A program made the translations under genes and the position numbers. A stretch of 64,000 nucleotides of DNA, taken from contig CM075994.1 in NCBI GenBank assembly GCA_038087875.1, positions 8,248,001 to 8,312,000 on the forward strand. The letters are read 5' to 3'. The stretch is from Malacoraja senta (lineage: Eukaryota). This document shows, piece by piece, positions 1 to 13,589 of this stretch (position 1 is its first letter; the number at the start of each line of letters is the position of its first letter). The notes beneath the pieces were generated by a model. It saw nothing but the letters and a program-made list of their open reading frames with translations. It was not told the DNA's origin and ran no database searches.

Positions 1-2649
1 AATGTACCTAGTGTCTATAGGTAGTTGATACCTTATAACTGAAGAATTGGCAACTCATGCAATCCCATCCGCCTCCATAACTAGAGATGGTATTAGTAAT
101 TTTCCATCTTTGAGCAATAGCATCAGTTTGTAATTAACTGAAGATTTACTGCTGAAAAGTTAGTGGAGCAATGCTGAATACTGTTCGTCTACCATGGTGA
201 CTTTGATACTTTCAGCTGGAATAGCATAGGTCTGGTAACAATGACCTACGTGGTACTTGAGAGCTTGCTCTTTTGCATGTTGTATACTGATAATGCAAAG
301 GCCAAATAGCACAGCTGAAAGCCAATATATTGCCAATTACAATTGATGAATAGAAGGCTGCTTGATAACAACAACAAGGTTGTTACAGGCTTCAATTAAT
401 TCCAATCTCTTGCCTCAGGGCAGAGTCCCAGACAATTTAATAGAGTTAAAGGTAAATCCCAATAATCAATAATTTCAGTTGGTATCAACTTAAATGTAAC
501 TGGATGGGTGAGAAACCCAATTTCTCAAATATAGTTTGGTGGCTGATAAAGCTAATTTAGCAAAATACAGCGTTTAGTATATCATCCTGGCTGTAAAGGC
601 CAGTCGATAGGTCATAACAATTTGTTTTTTAGCTCTGAGCAGTCGAAGCACTGGTTTTAGTAATTTGGTAAATAACCTGGGAGCTGAAGTTAGCCCATTT
701 TGCAACGCTTTTAACTGTATTATTGCCCCATCCAGCTAAATTTCAAATACCTCCAGTGCCCTGTGAATGGAAACTGATCCCATGGAAGTTAAACAGTCAC
801 AAAGTTTCTTATTCAGAAATGTCTATACTGCACATGTGAGTTGAACCTGTTGACAATGAACAGGCCACATCTAGCATAATTGCGAGCCTGCCTTGAAAGG
901 CAACTCCAGCCATATTTCCGAGAACTCTGGCCAAATTCTGTGCCTGTCTCGCTTGTATACTGTGCAGTATAAACTAATCTCATGTTATCATTTTAATTAT
1001 AAACAGAACTGAATCTTATGTTATCATTGTCATCTGTACAAAAAACAGTAAATATTACCCACTTGTAAATGGTCCACATACCCCATGTTTCGGAAAGAAC
1101 CAGACCCACCTACCTTCATGGTTATCGGTGGTTTTATGGTAAGCCCAAAGGCCGCTGATGCAGGTTCTATTTCCGTCCATGATTTGGAGAGTAGGACTGC
1201 TGGGGTACGTGGATCCCATATTTTCCCTTAGGGCTGGTTTTGGGCATTGGCCTAAAAGACATGCACTCAGCTTTCAACCTGCCACCAGCTTCAGTGAACG
1301 GCTTCCTGCCGATGAAGGCGTGGGGTGTGTTGTCGCCGACACAATGAAGCTTTGCTTGTCGTTGGTACTTTGATTAGTCCGACAGCTTTTGTTTCCTCAT
1401 CCCGGTCTTACCTGTTTGAACAGGTTTTTCCCGTGAAGAGAAGATTCGGCGGCTGGACATTACTGGGTTCATGCTGCCACCAATATCACCCCAGATAGCG
1501 CTGTTCACTGCTGGCACTTTCAGGAACCCTTTCACCTGTTCCTATAATGATGTGATGTGAGGTAGCTGCTGCTCCGCGAGGGGAACTCTGGCCCCTCCGG
1601 GTTTTCTGCCAATGGCTAGAAGTCAACTTTTCCAGCAGGAGCTTCTTCGTTTGCGAGGATATCGCAACCCTTGATGCCATGACATAAAGTTCTGGAACCT
1701 CACGTATGTACTCCAGTATGTTCCCCTGACATACTTCTGAGTTTGGAGCCAGTTACCAACTGACCCCTCGCACTCACCTTTACAGATAGGGAGATTTCCA
1801 TGGACCATATGAGGATGGAGCATTATCTTAGTGGGATGAACGCCCTGTGGACGCTATCCAAGCTCCATCTGCGTAAAAACATCCGAGGACGTACCTATGT
1901 CGGAGGGGAACCCTCCTGGCCTGACTCCAGTCTAGGCCTTTCAGACTCTTAGGCTCTTACCCTCTGCGGGCTGCCGGAGTCTGAAGTCGCCGCCGGCTAC
2001 CCGCACTTCCGTGATCCGTAGCCGTGTTTTCCCACGGGTCCCTGTAGCCGAGGTCTCTTCCCCCGAGCCGGGTTACCCGCGGTCTTCCCACGGTCCCCAA
2101 AGCCGGGTTCCGCGGTCCCCACAGTCGGGCTACCCGAGCCCGGTATCCCCACGGTTGTTGCAGCTGGCATTCTGTCGGGTTTCCCCAAGCCTATTATACC
2201 TGCTGTTTTCGCAGCCGGGATTTCCTCGCGGTCCCTGAAGAAGGGCTTCCCCGCGATGTCTGGTCGGGCTTCACCCGAGCCGGATATCCCCGCATTTCTC
2301 GTAGCCGGGAGTCCCTCGTGGTCCCTGAAGAAGGGCTTCCCCGCGAAGTCTGCGGTTGGGCTTTCCCTGACGATATCCCCACGATTTTGCAGTCGGGAAT
2401 CCCCCTCGGTCGGTCCCTGTAGAATAGAGTCGGGTGGAGCCAGGATTTCGACCCCGGAATGTCTCCAGAAGGAACTCTAAAGAGCTTCCTGCAAGGAGAA
2501 AACAGACCTGGAATTTAAAAAAAAAAAACTTACCTTCAGGTTTGACCGCTGGTGGATCAGAGCTCCCCCAGCCCGTCGTTGCGCAATGCGTTAGACGATA
2601 TGACACGCATGCGTGCTGGCGGGTCACTCACGTGACTCCGAAGTAAAAT
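1..2649 (-). mobile_element. DIRS1-like tyrosine-recombinase retrotransposon, degenerate; 5' end, gag-like, RT and part of RNase H (runs off the window's left edge)
   Basis: Colinear similarity to the DIRS copy at 36749-40731, including the RT segment near 660-790 and the near-identical terminus gtcactcacgtgactccgaagtaaaat. Many stops and frameshifts. Confidence 0.85.
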
Positions 2650-3889
2650 CTGTCTATCTCTGCCTTAAAAACATCCACTGACTTGACCTCCACAGCCCTC
2701 TGTGGCAATGTGTTCCACAGATTCACCACCCTCTGACTGAAGAAATTCCTCCTCCAGTACTCTCCAATAAAAATACCATTAGACATAGTAGCAGAATTAG
2801 GCCATTCGGCCCATCAAGTCTACTGCGCCGTTCAATCATGGCTGATCTATCTCTCCCTCCCAACCCCACTCTCCTGCCTTCTCCGCCTTCTGTTGTCTCT
2901 GGGATCTCCGGTTTCCTCCCACACTCCAAAGACGTGCAGGTTTGTAGGTTAATTGGCTTCGGTGTAATCGTAAATTGTCCCCAGAATGTGTATAGGATAG
3001 CGTTAGTGTGCCGGGATCGCTGGTCGGCGTGGACTCGGTGGGCCGAAGGGCCTGTTTCCGCGCTATATCTCTAAACCACACTGCGCTAAAGTTGCGAATC
3101 GTGAAGGAATGTAGATGGGGGTACAGGTGATAGATGGGGGCGGGGGGGAAGGGGGTGGAGAAAGGGGGGGTCAGGGATGATGGGGGGAGGGGGCAGGTTT
3201 ACATTCAGTTATGGATAGAGAATAAACACAAGTAAAGTTTAAAAATCTGGTATTAATTACGAACGAAATATTGACCACGAGGGACGGTTTCAACCAGCGT
3301 AGTTAACGTTCATACCCGATAAGAACTGAATCAGGCCATTCGGCCCATCAGGTCTACTCCGCCATTCAATCATGGTTGATCTATCTCTCCCTCTCAACCC
3401 CATTCTCCTGCCTTCTCCCCATAACCCCTGACGCCCGTACTAATCAAATATCTATCAATCTCTGCCTCAAAAATATCCACTGACTTGGCCTCCACAGCCT
3501 TCTGTGGCAAAGAATTCTACAGATTCACCACCCTCTGGCTAACGAAATTCCTCCTCATCTTCCTGAAGGAACGCCCTTTAATTCTGAGGCTGTGCCCTCA
3601 GCACAGCGGGTTGGGCTGCTATTTAGTGGTTCGATCACTTTAGACTTCACAATGGACTTTAGAGATGCAGCGTGGAAAAAAATCTCGTAAATGCTGTAGC
3701 AGGCAACAAAAAGGCTTCTCACTCATCCCACCTGCCCATATCCCTCCAACCCAGCCCTATCCATGTACCTGATCATTAGACGTTATGATAGTACCTGCCC
3801 CAACTACCTCCTCTGGCAGCTCGTTCCATTCTTGTTGAATCTTTCCCCTCTCACATTGAACCCATGTCCTCTGGTCCTCGATTCACCTA

Positions 3890-4620
3890 TCCATCCATAT
3901 TTCCGCAGAGATCGCTCCCTCCGTAACTCCCTGGTCAATTTGTCCCTTCCCACCCAAACCACCCCCTCTCCTGGTACTTTCCCTTGCAACCGCAGGAAAT
4001 GCTACACTTGTCACTTTACCTCCCCCCTTGACTCCATCCAAGGACTCAAGCAGTCTTTCCAGGTGAGGCAGAGGTTCACCTGCACCTCCTCCAACCTCAT
4101 CTATTGCATCCGCTGCTCTAGGTGTCAGCTGCTCTACATCGGTGAGACCAAGCGCAGGCTTGGCGATTGCTTCGCCCAACACCTCCGCTCAGTTCGCATA
4201 AACCAACCTGATCTCCCGGTGGCTCAGCACTTCAACTCCCCCTCCCATTCCAAATCCGACCTTTCTGTCCTGGGCCTCCTCAATGGCCAGTGAGTCCCAC
4301 TGCAAATTGGAGGAGCAGCACCTCATATTTTGCTTGGGTAGTTTACACCCAGCGATATGAACATTGATTTCTCCAATTTCAGGTAGTCCTTGCTTTCTGC
4401 CTCCTTCCCCTCCCCTTCCCAGCTCTCCCACAGCCCACTGTCCCCGCCTCTACCTTTCTTCTTCTCGCCCCCACCCCCCACCCCCACATCAGTCTGAAGA
4501 AGGGTCTCGACCTGAAACGTCAACTATTCCTTCGCTCCACAGATGCTGCCTCAGGTGCTGAGTTACTCCAGCTTTTTAAGTCTATCTTTAGTTTAAAACA
4601 GCATCTGCAGTTCCTTCCTA
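3890..4620 (+). mobile_element. Penelope-like element 3' fragment (GIY-YIG endonuclease plus pseudo-LTR)
   Basis: ORF 3763-4293 contains CNRRKCYTC...NLIYCIRC...LYIGET...VAQHF, typical of the PLE GIY-YIG domain. Followed by a ctgaaga...gaaacgtc hammerhead-like motif. Confidence 0.85.
4494..4521 (+). ncRNA. Minimal hammerhead ribozyme-like motif of the Penelope pseudo-LTR (representative copy)
   Basis: CTGAAGA core, stem II gggtc-tc-gacct, then GAAAC-GTC. Helix I is weak. Confidence 0.55.
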
Positions 4621-4629
4621 TCCTATTTA

Positions 4630-4935
4630 ATTCAGTTTAGTTTAGAGATACAGCGCGGAAACAGAAACTCCGGCCCACCGAGTCCGCACCGACCAGCGAT
4701 CCCCGCACACTAACACTATCCTACACGCACTAGGGACAATTTACAATTATACCGAGCCAATTAACCTACAAACCTGTACGTCTTTGGAGTGTGGGAGGAA
4801 ACCGAAGATCTCAGAGAAATCCCACACAGGTCACGGGGAGAACGTGCAAACTCCGTACAGACAGCACCCGTAGACAGGATCGTACCGGGTCTCTGGCGCT
4901 GTGAGGCAGCAACTCTACCGCTGTGCCACCGTGCC
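4630..4935 (-). mobile_element. tRNA-derived V-SINE (HE1-like)
   Basis: Reverse complement of the SINE at 8017-8315. Confidence 0.85.
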
Positions 4936-5295
4936 ACCTATAGCTCAGCCTCTCAGGTCATGGCAACATTCTCTTAAATCTAATTGCCTCAACTACCCCC
5001 TCCGCCAGCTTTTCCATACACTCACCACCCATTGTGTGAAAAGGTTACCCCTCAGATTCCTATTAAATATTTTTCCCCTTCACCATGAACCTGTGTCCTC
5101 TGGTCCTCGATTCCCCTACACTGGTCAAGAGACTCTGTGCGTCTACCTGATCTATTCCTCTCATGATTTTATACACCTCTATAAGATCACCCCTCATCCT
5201 CCTGCGCTCCTGACTCTTGGCTCTTGTGTTGTTAGTTCTTTCGTTGCCGGTGCTACTTGTGTTGACTTGTTGGCTGGTTTACCCTTGTTATACAG

Positions 5296-5366
5296 TGAAG
5301 TACAGGATCTACACTCTGGATAACTACATGAGGCCTGCGACTGAGAGCGTCAAGGTCACCATTTAT
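5296..5366 (+). CDS. c4: Complement C4-like, coding exon A: (V)KYRIYTLDNYMRPATESVKVTIY
   Basis: tacag| ... |gtgagt; 71 nt, phase 1 to 0. Resembles the C4 MG2 segment VRYRVFALDQKMRP. Confidence 0.85.
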
Positions 5367-6788
5367 GTGAGTACAGTGTCCACTCCGTCACCCTGATCTA
5401 ATGTTCCATCCCACAAAGATTCTGTTCAATATGAAAGGAATAGGTCGGGTAGACGCACAGAGTCTCTTGCCCAGAGCAGGGGAATCGAGGACCAGAGGAC
5501 ACAGGTTCAAGATGAGGGGGGATAGATTTAATAGGAATCTGAGGGGTAACTTTTTCACACAAAGGGTGGTGGGTGTATGGAACAAGCTGCCAGGGGAAGC
5601 AGTTGAGGCTGGGACGTGTGTGGAATTCTCTGCCTCAGAGGGCAGTGGAGGATGGTTCTCTGGATGCTTTCAAGAGAGAGTTAGATAGAGCTCTTAGGAT
5701 AGCGGAGTTAAGGCATATGGAGAGAAGGCAGGAATGGGGTACTGATTGTGGATGGTCAGCCATGATCACATTGAATGGTGGTGCTGGCTCGAAGGGCCGA
5801 ATGGCCTACTCCTGCACCTATTGTCCATGTACCTGTCTACAGTTAGACAGGTACATGGATAGGACAGGTTTGGAGGGATATGGGCCAAACGCAGACAGGT
5901 GGGACTAGTTAGATGGGGTATGTTGGCCGGTGTGGGCAACCTGAGCCGAAGGGCCTGTTTCCATGCTGTATTACTCTATGACTATGACTAACAGCCTGAT
6001 TCCTGTCCATAGGATTCAGTTTCCAACCTTCAGCCTGCCCAGGCGTCATCACTATTCAAGAGCCATAACAATTTAGTTTAGTTTAGTTTAGTTGAAAGAT
6101 ACAGAGCAGAAACAGGCCCTTCGGCCCACCGAGTCCGTGCCAACCAGCAATCACCCATACACTAGACTTTAGACTTTAGAGATACAGCGTGAAAAAAAGG
6201 CTCTTCGGCCCACCGAGTCTGTGCCGACCAGCAATCACCCATACACTAGACTTTAGACTTTAGAGATACATAGCAGAAATAGGCCCTTCGGCCCACCGAG
6301 TCCGTGCCATCCAATGATCACCCATACACTAGACTTTATAGGTACAGCGTGGAAAAAAGGCCCTTCGGCCCAACGAGTCCGTGCCAACCAGCGATCACCT
6401 TCACACACTAGGCACAATTTACAGAAGCCAATTAACCTATAAACCTGCACCTAAACACAAACAAACACACAGACACACACACACACAGACGCACACACAC
6501 ACACACACGCGCACACACACACACACGCGCACACACACACACACACTCACACACACACACACAGACAGCACCCACACAGACAGCACCCGTGGTCAGGATG
6601 GAACCCGGGTCTTTGGCGCTGTGAGGCAGCAACTCTACCGCTGCGCCACCGCGCCTCCTCTTTGTGATGATGGTGTTGGTCGCGTGTTATCGAGAATAGC
6701 ATTACCTTCAGTGTCCTGGTGCTGACCATATTGTTCGAACAATTCTTGTTCCATTCTAAAATTAAAACCCATTCCATTCTGTTGGCAG

Positions 6789-6874
6789 AATTCCAAGAAT
6801 ATCCAGTTCCACCAAACCTTGCGGAAATGCGAGAAGGTATTAGCCCGACTCTTCAATATCCCAGACATCGCAGA
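6789..6874 (+). CDS. c4: Complement C4-like, exon B: NSKNIQFHQTLRKCEKVLARLFNIPDIA(E)
   Basis: ggcag| ... |gtaagt; 86 nt, phase 0 to 2. FNIPDIAE matches C4 FVIPDISE. Confidence 0.85.
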
Positions 6875-6914
6875 GTAAGTCAGTCTTGCAAACAGAATTC
6901 TTCTGTAGTTTTGA

Positions 6915-7292
6915 AATCTCTCCCTCCCTCTCTCTCTTTTCCCTCTCTCCCTCTCTCTCTTCTTCATCTATCTTTCCCTCTCCCTCTCCCTCTATCCCTC
7001 CCTGGCTCTCCCTCTCTCCACCCCCTCTCCCTCTACCTCTCCCTCTCTTCTTCATCTCTCTCCCTCTCTCCCTCCCTGCCACTCCCTTTCCCTCTCTCTC
7101 TCTCTCTCTCCCTCTTTCCCTCTCCCTCTTTCCCCTCTCTCTCTTTCCCTCTCCCTCTATCTCTCCCTGCCTCTCCCTCTCCCTCTCTCCCCCTCCCTCT
7201 CCCTCTTTCCCCCTTTCCCCCTCTCCCTCTCTCCCTCTCTCCCTCCCCCTATCCCCCTCTCCCTCTCTCCCTCTCCCTCCTCTCTGTCTCTC
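6915..7292. repeat. Polypyrimidine (CT/CCT-rich) low-complexity tract
   Basis: About 380 nt, almost entirely C and T. Confidence 0.95.
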
Positions 7293-8016
7293 TAACTGGT
7301 TTACACATTTATTCAAAATTGGCAGCTTATAAGCCGACAGTATGTACATTGAATTCTCCATTTCTAAATGAACCACCTTGTCTCTCTTCTTGAGCTCCTA
7401 ACTTCCCAAACCGGTGCACACCCATTTGTCCCACGATCCCGCCACAGTTACCCTACTCCTTATCTCCCCCCCCCATACTCCCATCTATCTCTGCCTTAAA
7501 AATATCCACTGACCAGCCTTCTGTGGTCACAGATTCAGCCCACCGGGTCCGCGCCGACCAGCGATCCCTGCACACTAACACCATCCTACACACACTAGGG
7601 ACAATTTACACTTATACCAAGCCAATTAACCTACAAACCTGAAAGTCTTTGGAGTGTGGGAGGAAACCGAAGCATCTGGAGAAAACCCACGCAGGTCACG
7701 GGGAGAACGTGCAAACTCCGTACAGACAGCACCCATAGTCGGGATCGAACCCGGGTCTCTGTGCCCGTGAGGCAGCAACTCTACCACTGCGCCACTGTGC
7801 CCCCTTGAGCAAATAGAGGAACCCCAGCCCCACCCCACCCACCACCATTTCAAGGAGAACGCGCCAACTCCACACAGACAGCACCAGAGGTCAGGATCAA
7901 ACTCAGTGCCAATGTGTCGTTGTTTCTCCAATTGAAAGACAACTGCGGCGCAGTGAATATCAGGCAGGGGGCAGCGATAGAGTCTACTTTGACCCAAAGG
8001 AAACCCCACCCCACAA

Positions 8017-8315
8017 GCGGCACGGTGGCGCAGCGGTAGAGTCGCTGCCTCACAGCACCCGAGACCCGGGTTCGATCCCGACTACAGGTGCTGTCTGTAC
8101 GGAGTTTGTACGTTCTCCCCGTGACCTGCGTGGGTTTTCTCCGAGATCTCCGATTTCCTCCTACACTCCAAAGACGTACAGGTTTGTAGGTTAATTGGCT
8201 TGGGTATAAATGTAAATTGTCCCTAGTGTGTGTAGGATAGTGTTAGTGTGCGGGGATCGCTGGTCGTCACGGACTCGGTGGGCCGAAGGGCCTGTTTCCC
8301 CGCTGTATCTCTAAA
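8017..8315 (+). mobile_element. tRNA-derived V-SINE (HE1-like), full-length representative. Other copies near 7537-7800(-), 13057-13355(+), 26150-26460(+), 29287-29585(+), 61110-61415(+)
   Basis: A box tggcgcagcgg, B box ggttcgatcc, V-domain (gtgctgtctgtacggagtttgtacgttctcccc) and a 3' tail shared with the CR1/HER1 fragments (gggccgaagggcctgtttcc). Confidence 0.85.
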
Positions 8316-9048
8316 CCTAAAAACACTTTCTGCAATCTCGATCAATATGATTTATCAACTAGATATTAATAGACACAAAAAGATGGAGTAACTCAGTGGG
8401 ACTGGCAGTATCTCTGGAGAGAAGGAATGGGTGATGTTTTGGGTCGAGACCCTTCTTCAGACTGAGGGTCAGGGGAGAGGGAAACGAGAGATATAGATGA
8501 TTCATTGGACAAATGAATGAAAGATATGCAAACAGCGGCAATAAAAATCAAGGACATGTGGAGCCCACAATGGTCCATTGTGGGCTGTGGGATAGGTGAT
8601 AGCGAGTTATACAGACATTGAAACTCAACAGGATGACAGTGAAACTAGTACAACGACGGGTGCTGGAGGGGATGGAGAGGGAGAGAAAGCAAGGGTTACT
8701 TGAAGTTAGAGAAGTCAATGTTCATACCGCTGGGGTGTAAGCTGCTCAAGCGAAATATGAGATGCTGTTCCTCCAATTAGCGCTGGGCCTCACTCACAGT
8801 AGAGGAGGCCCAGGACAGAAAGGTCAGTGTGGGAATGGGAGGGGGAGTTAAAGTGTTTGGCAACCGGGAGATCAGGTAGGCCCGAAACGTCACCCATTCC
8901 TTCTCTCCAGCAATGCTGCCTGTCCCGCTGAGTTAATCCAGCGTTGCGTGTCCATCTTCAGTGTAAACCAGCATCTGCAGTTTCTTCTTACAGAGCAAGA
9001 TATTACCATTGTGGGTGAAGTCTAATCTTGCTTCTCTCTTCCAAACAG

Positions 9049-9131
9049 GCCAGGGAACTGGAGGATTGATGCAGAGTTTAACGATTTTCCAATGTCCCGT
9101 GTTTCCGCTGAATTTGAAGTCAAGGAATTTG
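9049..9131 (+). CDS. c4: Complement C4-like, exon C: (E)PGNWRIDAEFNDFPMSRVSAEFEVKEF
   Basis: aacag| ... |gtaact; 83 nt, phase 2 to 1. Matches PGTWKI...FEVKKY. Confidence 0.9.
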
Positions 9132-9359
9132 GTAACTATCTGCTTGATTGAAAAGATAAAGCGCAGAAATACGTCCACTCCGACCAGCGATCACCCGTTC
9201 ACACATTAGTTCTACGTTATCCCACTTTCTCATCCACTCCCTACACACCAGGATGTAATTTTCAGAGGGGTCGATGAATCTACAAACCCACACGTCTTTG
9301 GAGTGTGGGAGGAAACCGGAGCACCCGAGGAAACCCACAGAGAGAAGGTGCAAACTAAT

Positions 9360-9369
9360 CTCTCACACA

Positions 9370-9408
<39 letters not shown>

Positions 9409-9503
9409 AATCTCTCACACACACTCACATGCACACGCTCACACACACTTTCTCACACACTCACATGCACACGCTCTCACACTTCCATGCATTCTCTCAC
9501 ACT

Positions 9504-9534
<31 letters not shown>

Positions 9535-9917
9535 TCGCACACACACTCTCTCACACACACAGTCTCTCACACACTCACACACACACTCTCCCTCACACAC
9601 ACACTCTCCGTCACACACACACACACACACACACTCACACACACTCACACACACACTCACACACACACACACACTCACACACACTCTCACACACACACTC
9701 TCTCACACACACACTCACACACACACACACACACTCATACACACACACACTCTCACACACACTCACACACTCTCACACACACTCACACACACACTCACAC
9801 ACACACTCACACACACACACTCACACACACACACACTCATACACACACACTCATACACACACTCACACACACACACATTCATACACACACTCTCACACAT
9901 ACACACACACACACACT

Positions 9918-9960
<43 letters not shown>

Positions 9961-10020
9961 ACACTCTCACACACACACTCTCGCACACACTCTCTCACAC
10001 ACAATCTCATAGACACATAC
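9360..10020. repeat. Degenerate (CA)n/(CT)n microsatellite interrupting a minus-strand SINE
   Basis: Seen directly; source of the His/Thr-rich spurious ORFs. Confidence 0.95.
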
Positions 10021-11215
10021 AGACAGCACCCGTGGTCAGGATCGAACCCGGATCTCTGGTGCTGTGAGGCAGCAGCTCTACCCGCTGTGCCGCCCTCATT
10101 ATGTTAGAGAGAATTATGCAAATATTTTCACCTGCGCCTCCCGTCAGCTTGGCAGATTTTTTAAGATCTGCAGTATCTTAACAGTCAAGGAATTTTGACA
10201 TTTTATTTTATGACCATTATGTTAAAGACAACACATTTGATCCAAGTTAAGAGATTGGGTTATACTAACCTGCAACAATACACAAGGATTATGATAACTA
10301 AAGTAATCTCCTGACAGACACAAAATGCTGGAGTAACTCAGCGGGACAGGCAGCATCTCTGGAGAGAAGGAATGGGTGACGTTTCGGGTCGAGACCCTTC
10401 TTCAGATTGAGAGTCAGGGGAGAGGGAAACGAGAGATATACGAGCGATTTAGTTAGGTTTAGTTTTCGAGATACAGCGCGGAAACAGGCCCTTCATCCCA
10501 CCGGGTCCGCGGTGACCAGCGATCCCCACACCCTAACACTATCCTACACACACTAGCACCAATATTTACATTTACCAAGCCATTTAATCTACAAACCTGC
10601 ACGTCTTTGGAGTGTGGGAGATATAGAGAGATATAGAACAAATGAATGAATGGTGCAAAAAAAGTAGCGATGATCAAGGAAAGGTGGAGCCCACAATGGT
10701 CCATTGTTGGCTGTGGGCCAGGTGATAATGAGTGAAACTCAACAGGAAGAAAGTGAAACTATACAATGACTGGGGTGGGGGAGGGATGGAGAGAGAGGAG
10801 ATGCAAGGGTTACTTGAAGTTAGAGATATCAAAAATCTTGCCGGTGGGTTGTAAGCTGCTCAAGCGAAATACTGAGCGAAGGTGTTCAGATTTAACTCCC
10901 CCTCCCATTCCCACACTGACCTTTCTGTCCTGGGCCTCCTCCACTGTCAGAGTGAGGCCCAGCGCAAGTTGGAGGAGCAGCACCTCATATTTCGCTTGGG
11001 GCAGTTTACACCCCAGCGGTATGAACATTGACTTCTCTAACTTCAAGTAGCCCTTGCTCCACTGTCGTATCTGCTTCCACCACCACCCTTGGCAGCGCGT
11101 TCCAGGCCCCCACCACCCTCTGTGTAAAAAAACGTGCCCCGCACATCTTTAAACGTTGCCCCACACATCTCTAAATGTTGCCCCTCTCACCATAAAGCCA
11201 TGCCCTCTAGCATTA

Positions 11216-11496
11216 AGGACCTGTCCCACTTATGCGACCTTTACAGGCGACAGCCGGCACCCGCGATTAGTCGCCAAAATTTTCAACATGTTGATAATTC
11301 ATCAGCCACCAGAAAGACGCTACAACTCTTTGGAGATATCTCACGACCATAGGAGACCTCTCACGACCATACAGGCGACCCCTGGCGACATGTCGCGGGT
11401 GACCTCTCACAACCATTTCAACATGTTGAAAATTTCGCCGACCTATCACGGGTGCCGGCAGTCACCTGTAAAGGTCATGTAAGTGGGACAGGCTCT
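11216..11496. mobile_element. PIF/Harbinger-type MITE, largely palindromic
   Basis: TIR aggacctgtcccactta / taagtgggacaggctct, flanked by tta on both sides (11213-11215 and 11497-11499). Splits a CR1-type fragment. Confidence 0.8.
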
Positions 11497-11719
11497 TTAG
11501 ACATTTCCACCCTGGGGAAAAAGGTTCTGACTGTCCATCCTATCTATGCCTCTCATTATTTTACACACTTCTATCAGGACTCCCTCAACCTCTGGTGTTC
11601 CAGAAATAACAATCCAGGTCTATCCAATCTCTCCATATAGATAATATTATAATAATTTTCTATCTTTCTTTGATAACATGAATGATTTTCATTGCCATTT
11701 CCAATTCCTATAGTCATAG

Positions 11720-12410
11720 TCATTTTTTTTAAATCAAAAAAATTATTCAATTATTAAAAAGCATATTTACAATACAATAAAATAAACCAGAACCCAGCAC
11801 CATAATACGACAAACCAATATCCTAAATAAACTACTATACAACTATGTTACACTCCTTGTCAAGGATGCATTCCACCCCCTGCGGTGCCCAGCGGTGTTT
11901 AAGAAGGAATTGCAGATGCTGGAAAATCGAAGGTAGACAAAAATGCTGGAGAAACTCAGCGGTTGCAGCAGCATCTATGGAGCGAAGGAATTAGGCAATG
12001 TTTATGCCGCTAGGGTGCAAATTGCCCAAGCGGAATATGAGGTGCTGCTCCTCCAATTTCCGGTGGTGCTCACTCTGGCCATGGAGGAGGCCCAGGACAG
12101 AAAGGTCGGTTTCGGAATGGGAGGGGGAGTCCCTCTCTAACCCCACACGGGCGCGGACGTAACCCCGGAAAAGGGGCAGGCAGCCGGCTCGGGCAGAGCC
12201 CTCTTCTGCCTGGCGCCGTGACTCGCGGATGGCCAGCTTGGCCAGGCCCAGGAGCAACCTAACCACGACATCCTCGGCCCGACTCTCTCCCCTAAGCACA
12301 GGGTGTCCAAAGATGAGGATGGTGGGTGTGAAGTGCAGCCAGAAGGCAAAGGAGCAGCCCCTTTAGATATTGGAACAGGGGCTGCAACCTCACACACTTC
12401 CAGCTTGCAA
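11720..12410 (-). mobile_element. Tx1-like LINE 3' fragment, interrupted by a Penelope fragment (about 11900-12135)
   Basis: LLLGLAKLAIRESRR C-terminal motif; T-rich (antisense A-rich) tail at about 11722. Confidence 0.6.
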
Positions 12411-12886
12411 CAGTGGCTGGCGGCTGGCGCATCTGTGAACCACGTGAGTCATAGTCATAGAGTGATACAGTGTGGAATTAGGCCCTTCGGCCCAACTTGC
12501 CCACACTAGCCAACATGCCCCAGCTACACTAGTCCCACCTGCCTGCGTTTAGTCGATATCCCTCCAAACCTGTTCAGTTCCCTATCTCTAAACTAAACTA
12601 AACTAAAGTACTGTCTATACCTCTTGTTCCACTGACTCTCAGTCTGAAGAAACGTCACCCATTCCTTCACTCCAGAGATGCTGCCTGATTCAGCTTCCTG
12701 TGTCTATCTTCGGTTTAAACCAGCATCTGCAGTTCCTTCCTGCACTATCCATGTACCTGCCTAGTTGCTTCATAAACCCTGCGATAGTCCCTGCCTCAAC
12801 CACTTCCTTATAGTTACCAACAAGAAATTCTGTTATCTATAAATACCATCAATAAATGTTTTATTTAATCAAATTTTGTTTCAAAG

Positions 12887-12974
12887 TTTTGCCCAGTTTC
12901 AAAGTCGAGCTGAGGTCTGAGGAAATGTATTATCTGATCTCAAGAGAGGAATTTCGATTCAAAATCTCGGCAAG
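12887..12974 (+). CDS. c4: Complement C4-like, exon D: (V)LPSFKVELRSEEMYYLISREEFRFKISA(S)
   Basis: caaag| ... |gtcagt; 88 nt, phase 1 to 2. VLPSF is the hallmark of the A2M/C3/C4 family. Confidence 0.9.
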
Positions 12975-13589
12975 GTCAGTGAAGACAGGATTCATCTGCT
13001 ATTTTTATACCTCTTATAAGTTCATCAGTTATAAGTAGTTATAATTAGTTCAGTGGGGTGGCACGGTGGCGCAGTTGCTGCCTCACAGCACCAGAGACCC
13101 GGGTTCAATCCTGACTACGGGTGCTGTCTGTACAGAGTTTGTACGTTCTCCTCGTGATCTGCGTGGGTTTTCTCTGGGTGCTCTGGTTTCCTCCCACACT
13201 GCGAAGATGTGCAGGTTTGTAGGTTCATTGGCTTCGGTAAAAATTGTAAACTGTGCCTGGTGTGTGTAGAATAGTGTTAGTGTGTGGGGATCGCTGGTCG
13301 GCACCGACCCGGTGGGCCGAAGGGCCTGTTTCCGCGCTGTATCTCCAAACTAAAGTTCATAAGTTCACACCAGACCCATCCTACACAATAGGGACTATTT
13401 TATCGAAGCCAATTAACATACAAACCTGCACGTCTTTGCTGTGTGGGAGGAAACCGGAGCACCCGGAGAAAACCCACGCGGGTCACAGGGAGAACGTACA
13501 AACTCCGTACAGACAGCACCCGTGGTTGGGATCGAACCCGGATCTCCATCGCTGCGAGGCAGCAACTCAAGGTTGCTGGGATGCAGCGT

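Noticed and set aside
2235..2350. Hammerhead motif in the DIRS leader (ctgaagaagggc)
   Set aside because: Lacks the GAAA core after stem II.
8017..8090. tRNA gene
   Set aside because: The A and B boxes belong to the SINE head and run straight into the V-domain; many diverged copies.
9274..10107. Long His/Thr-rich ORFs (also 6719-7393 and 50463-51068)
   Set aside because: Translations of microsatellites and low-complexity tracts.
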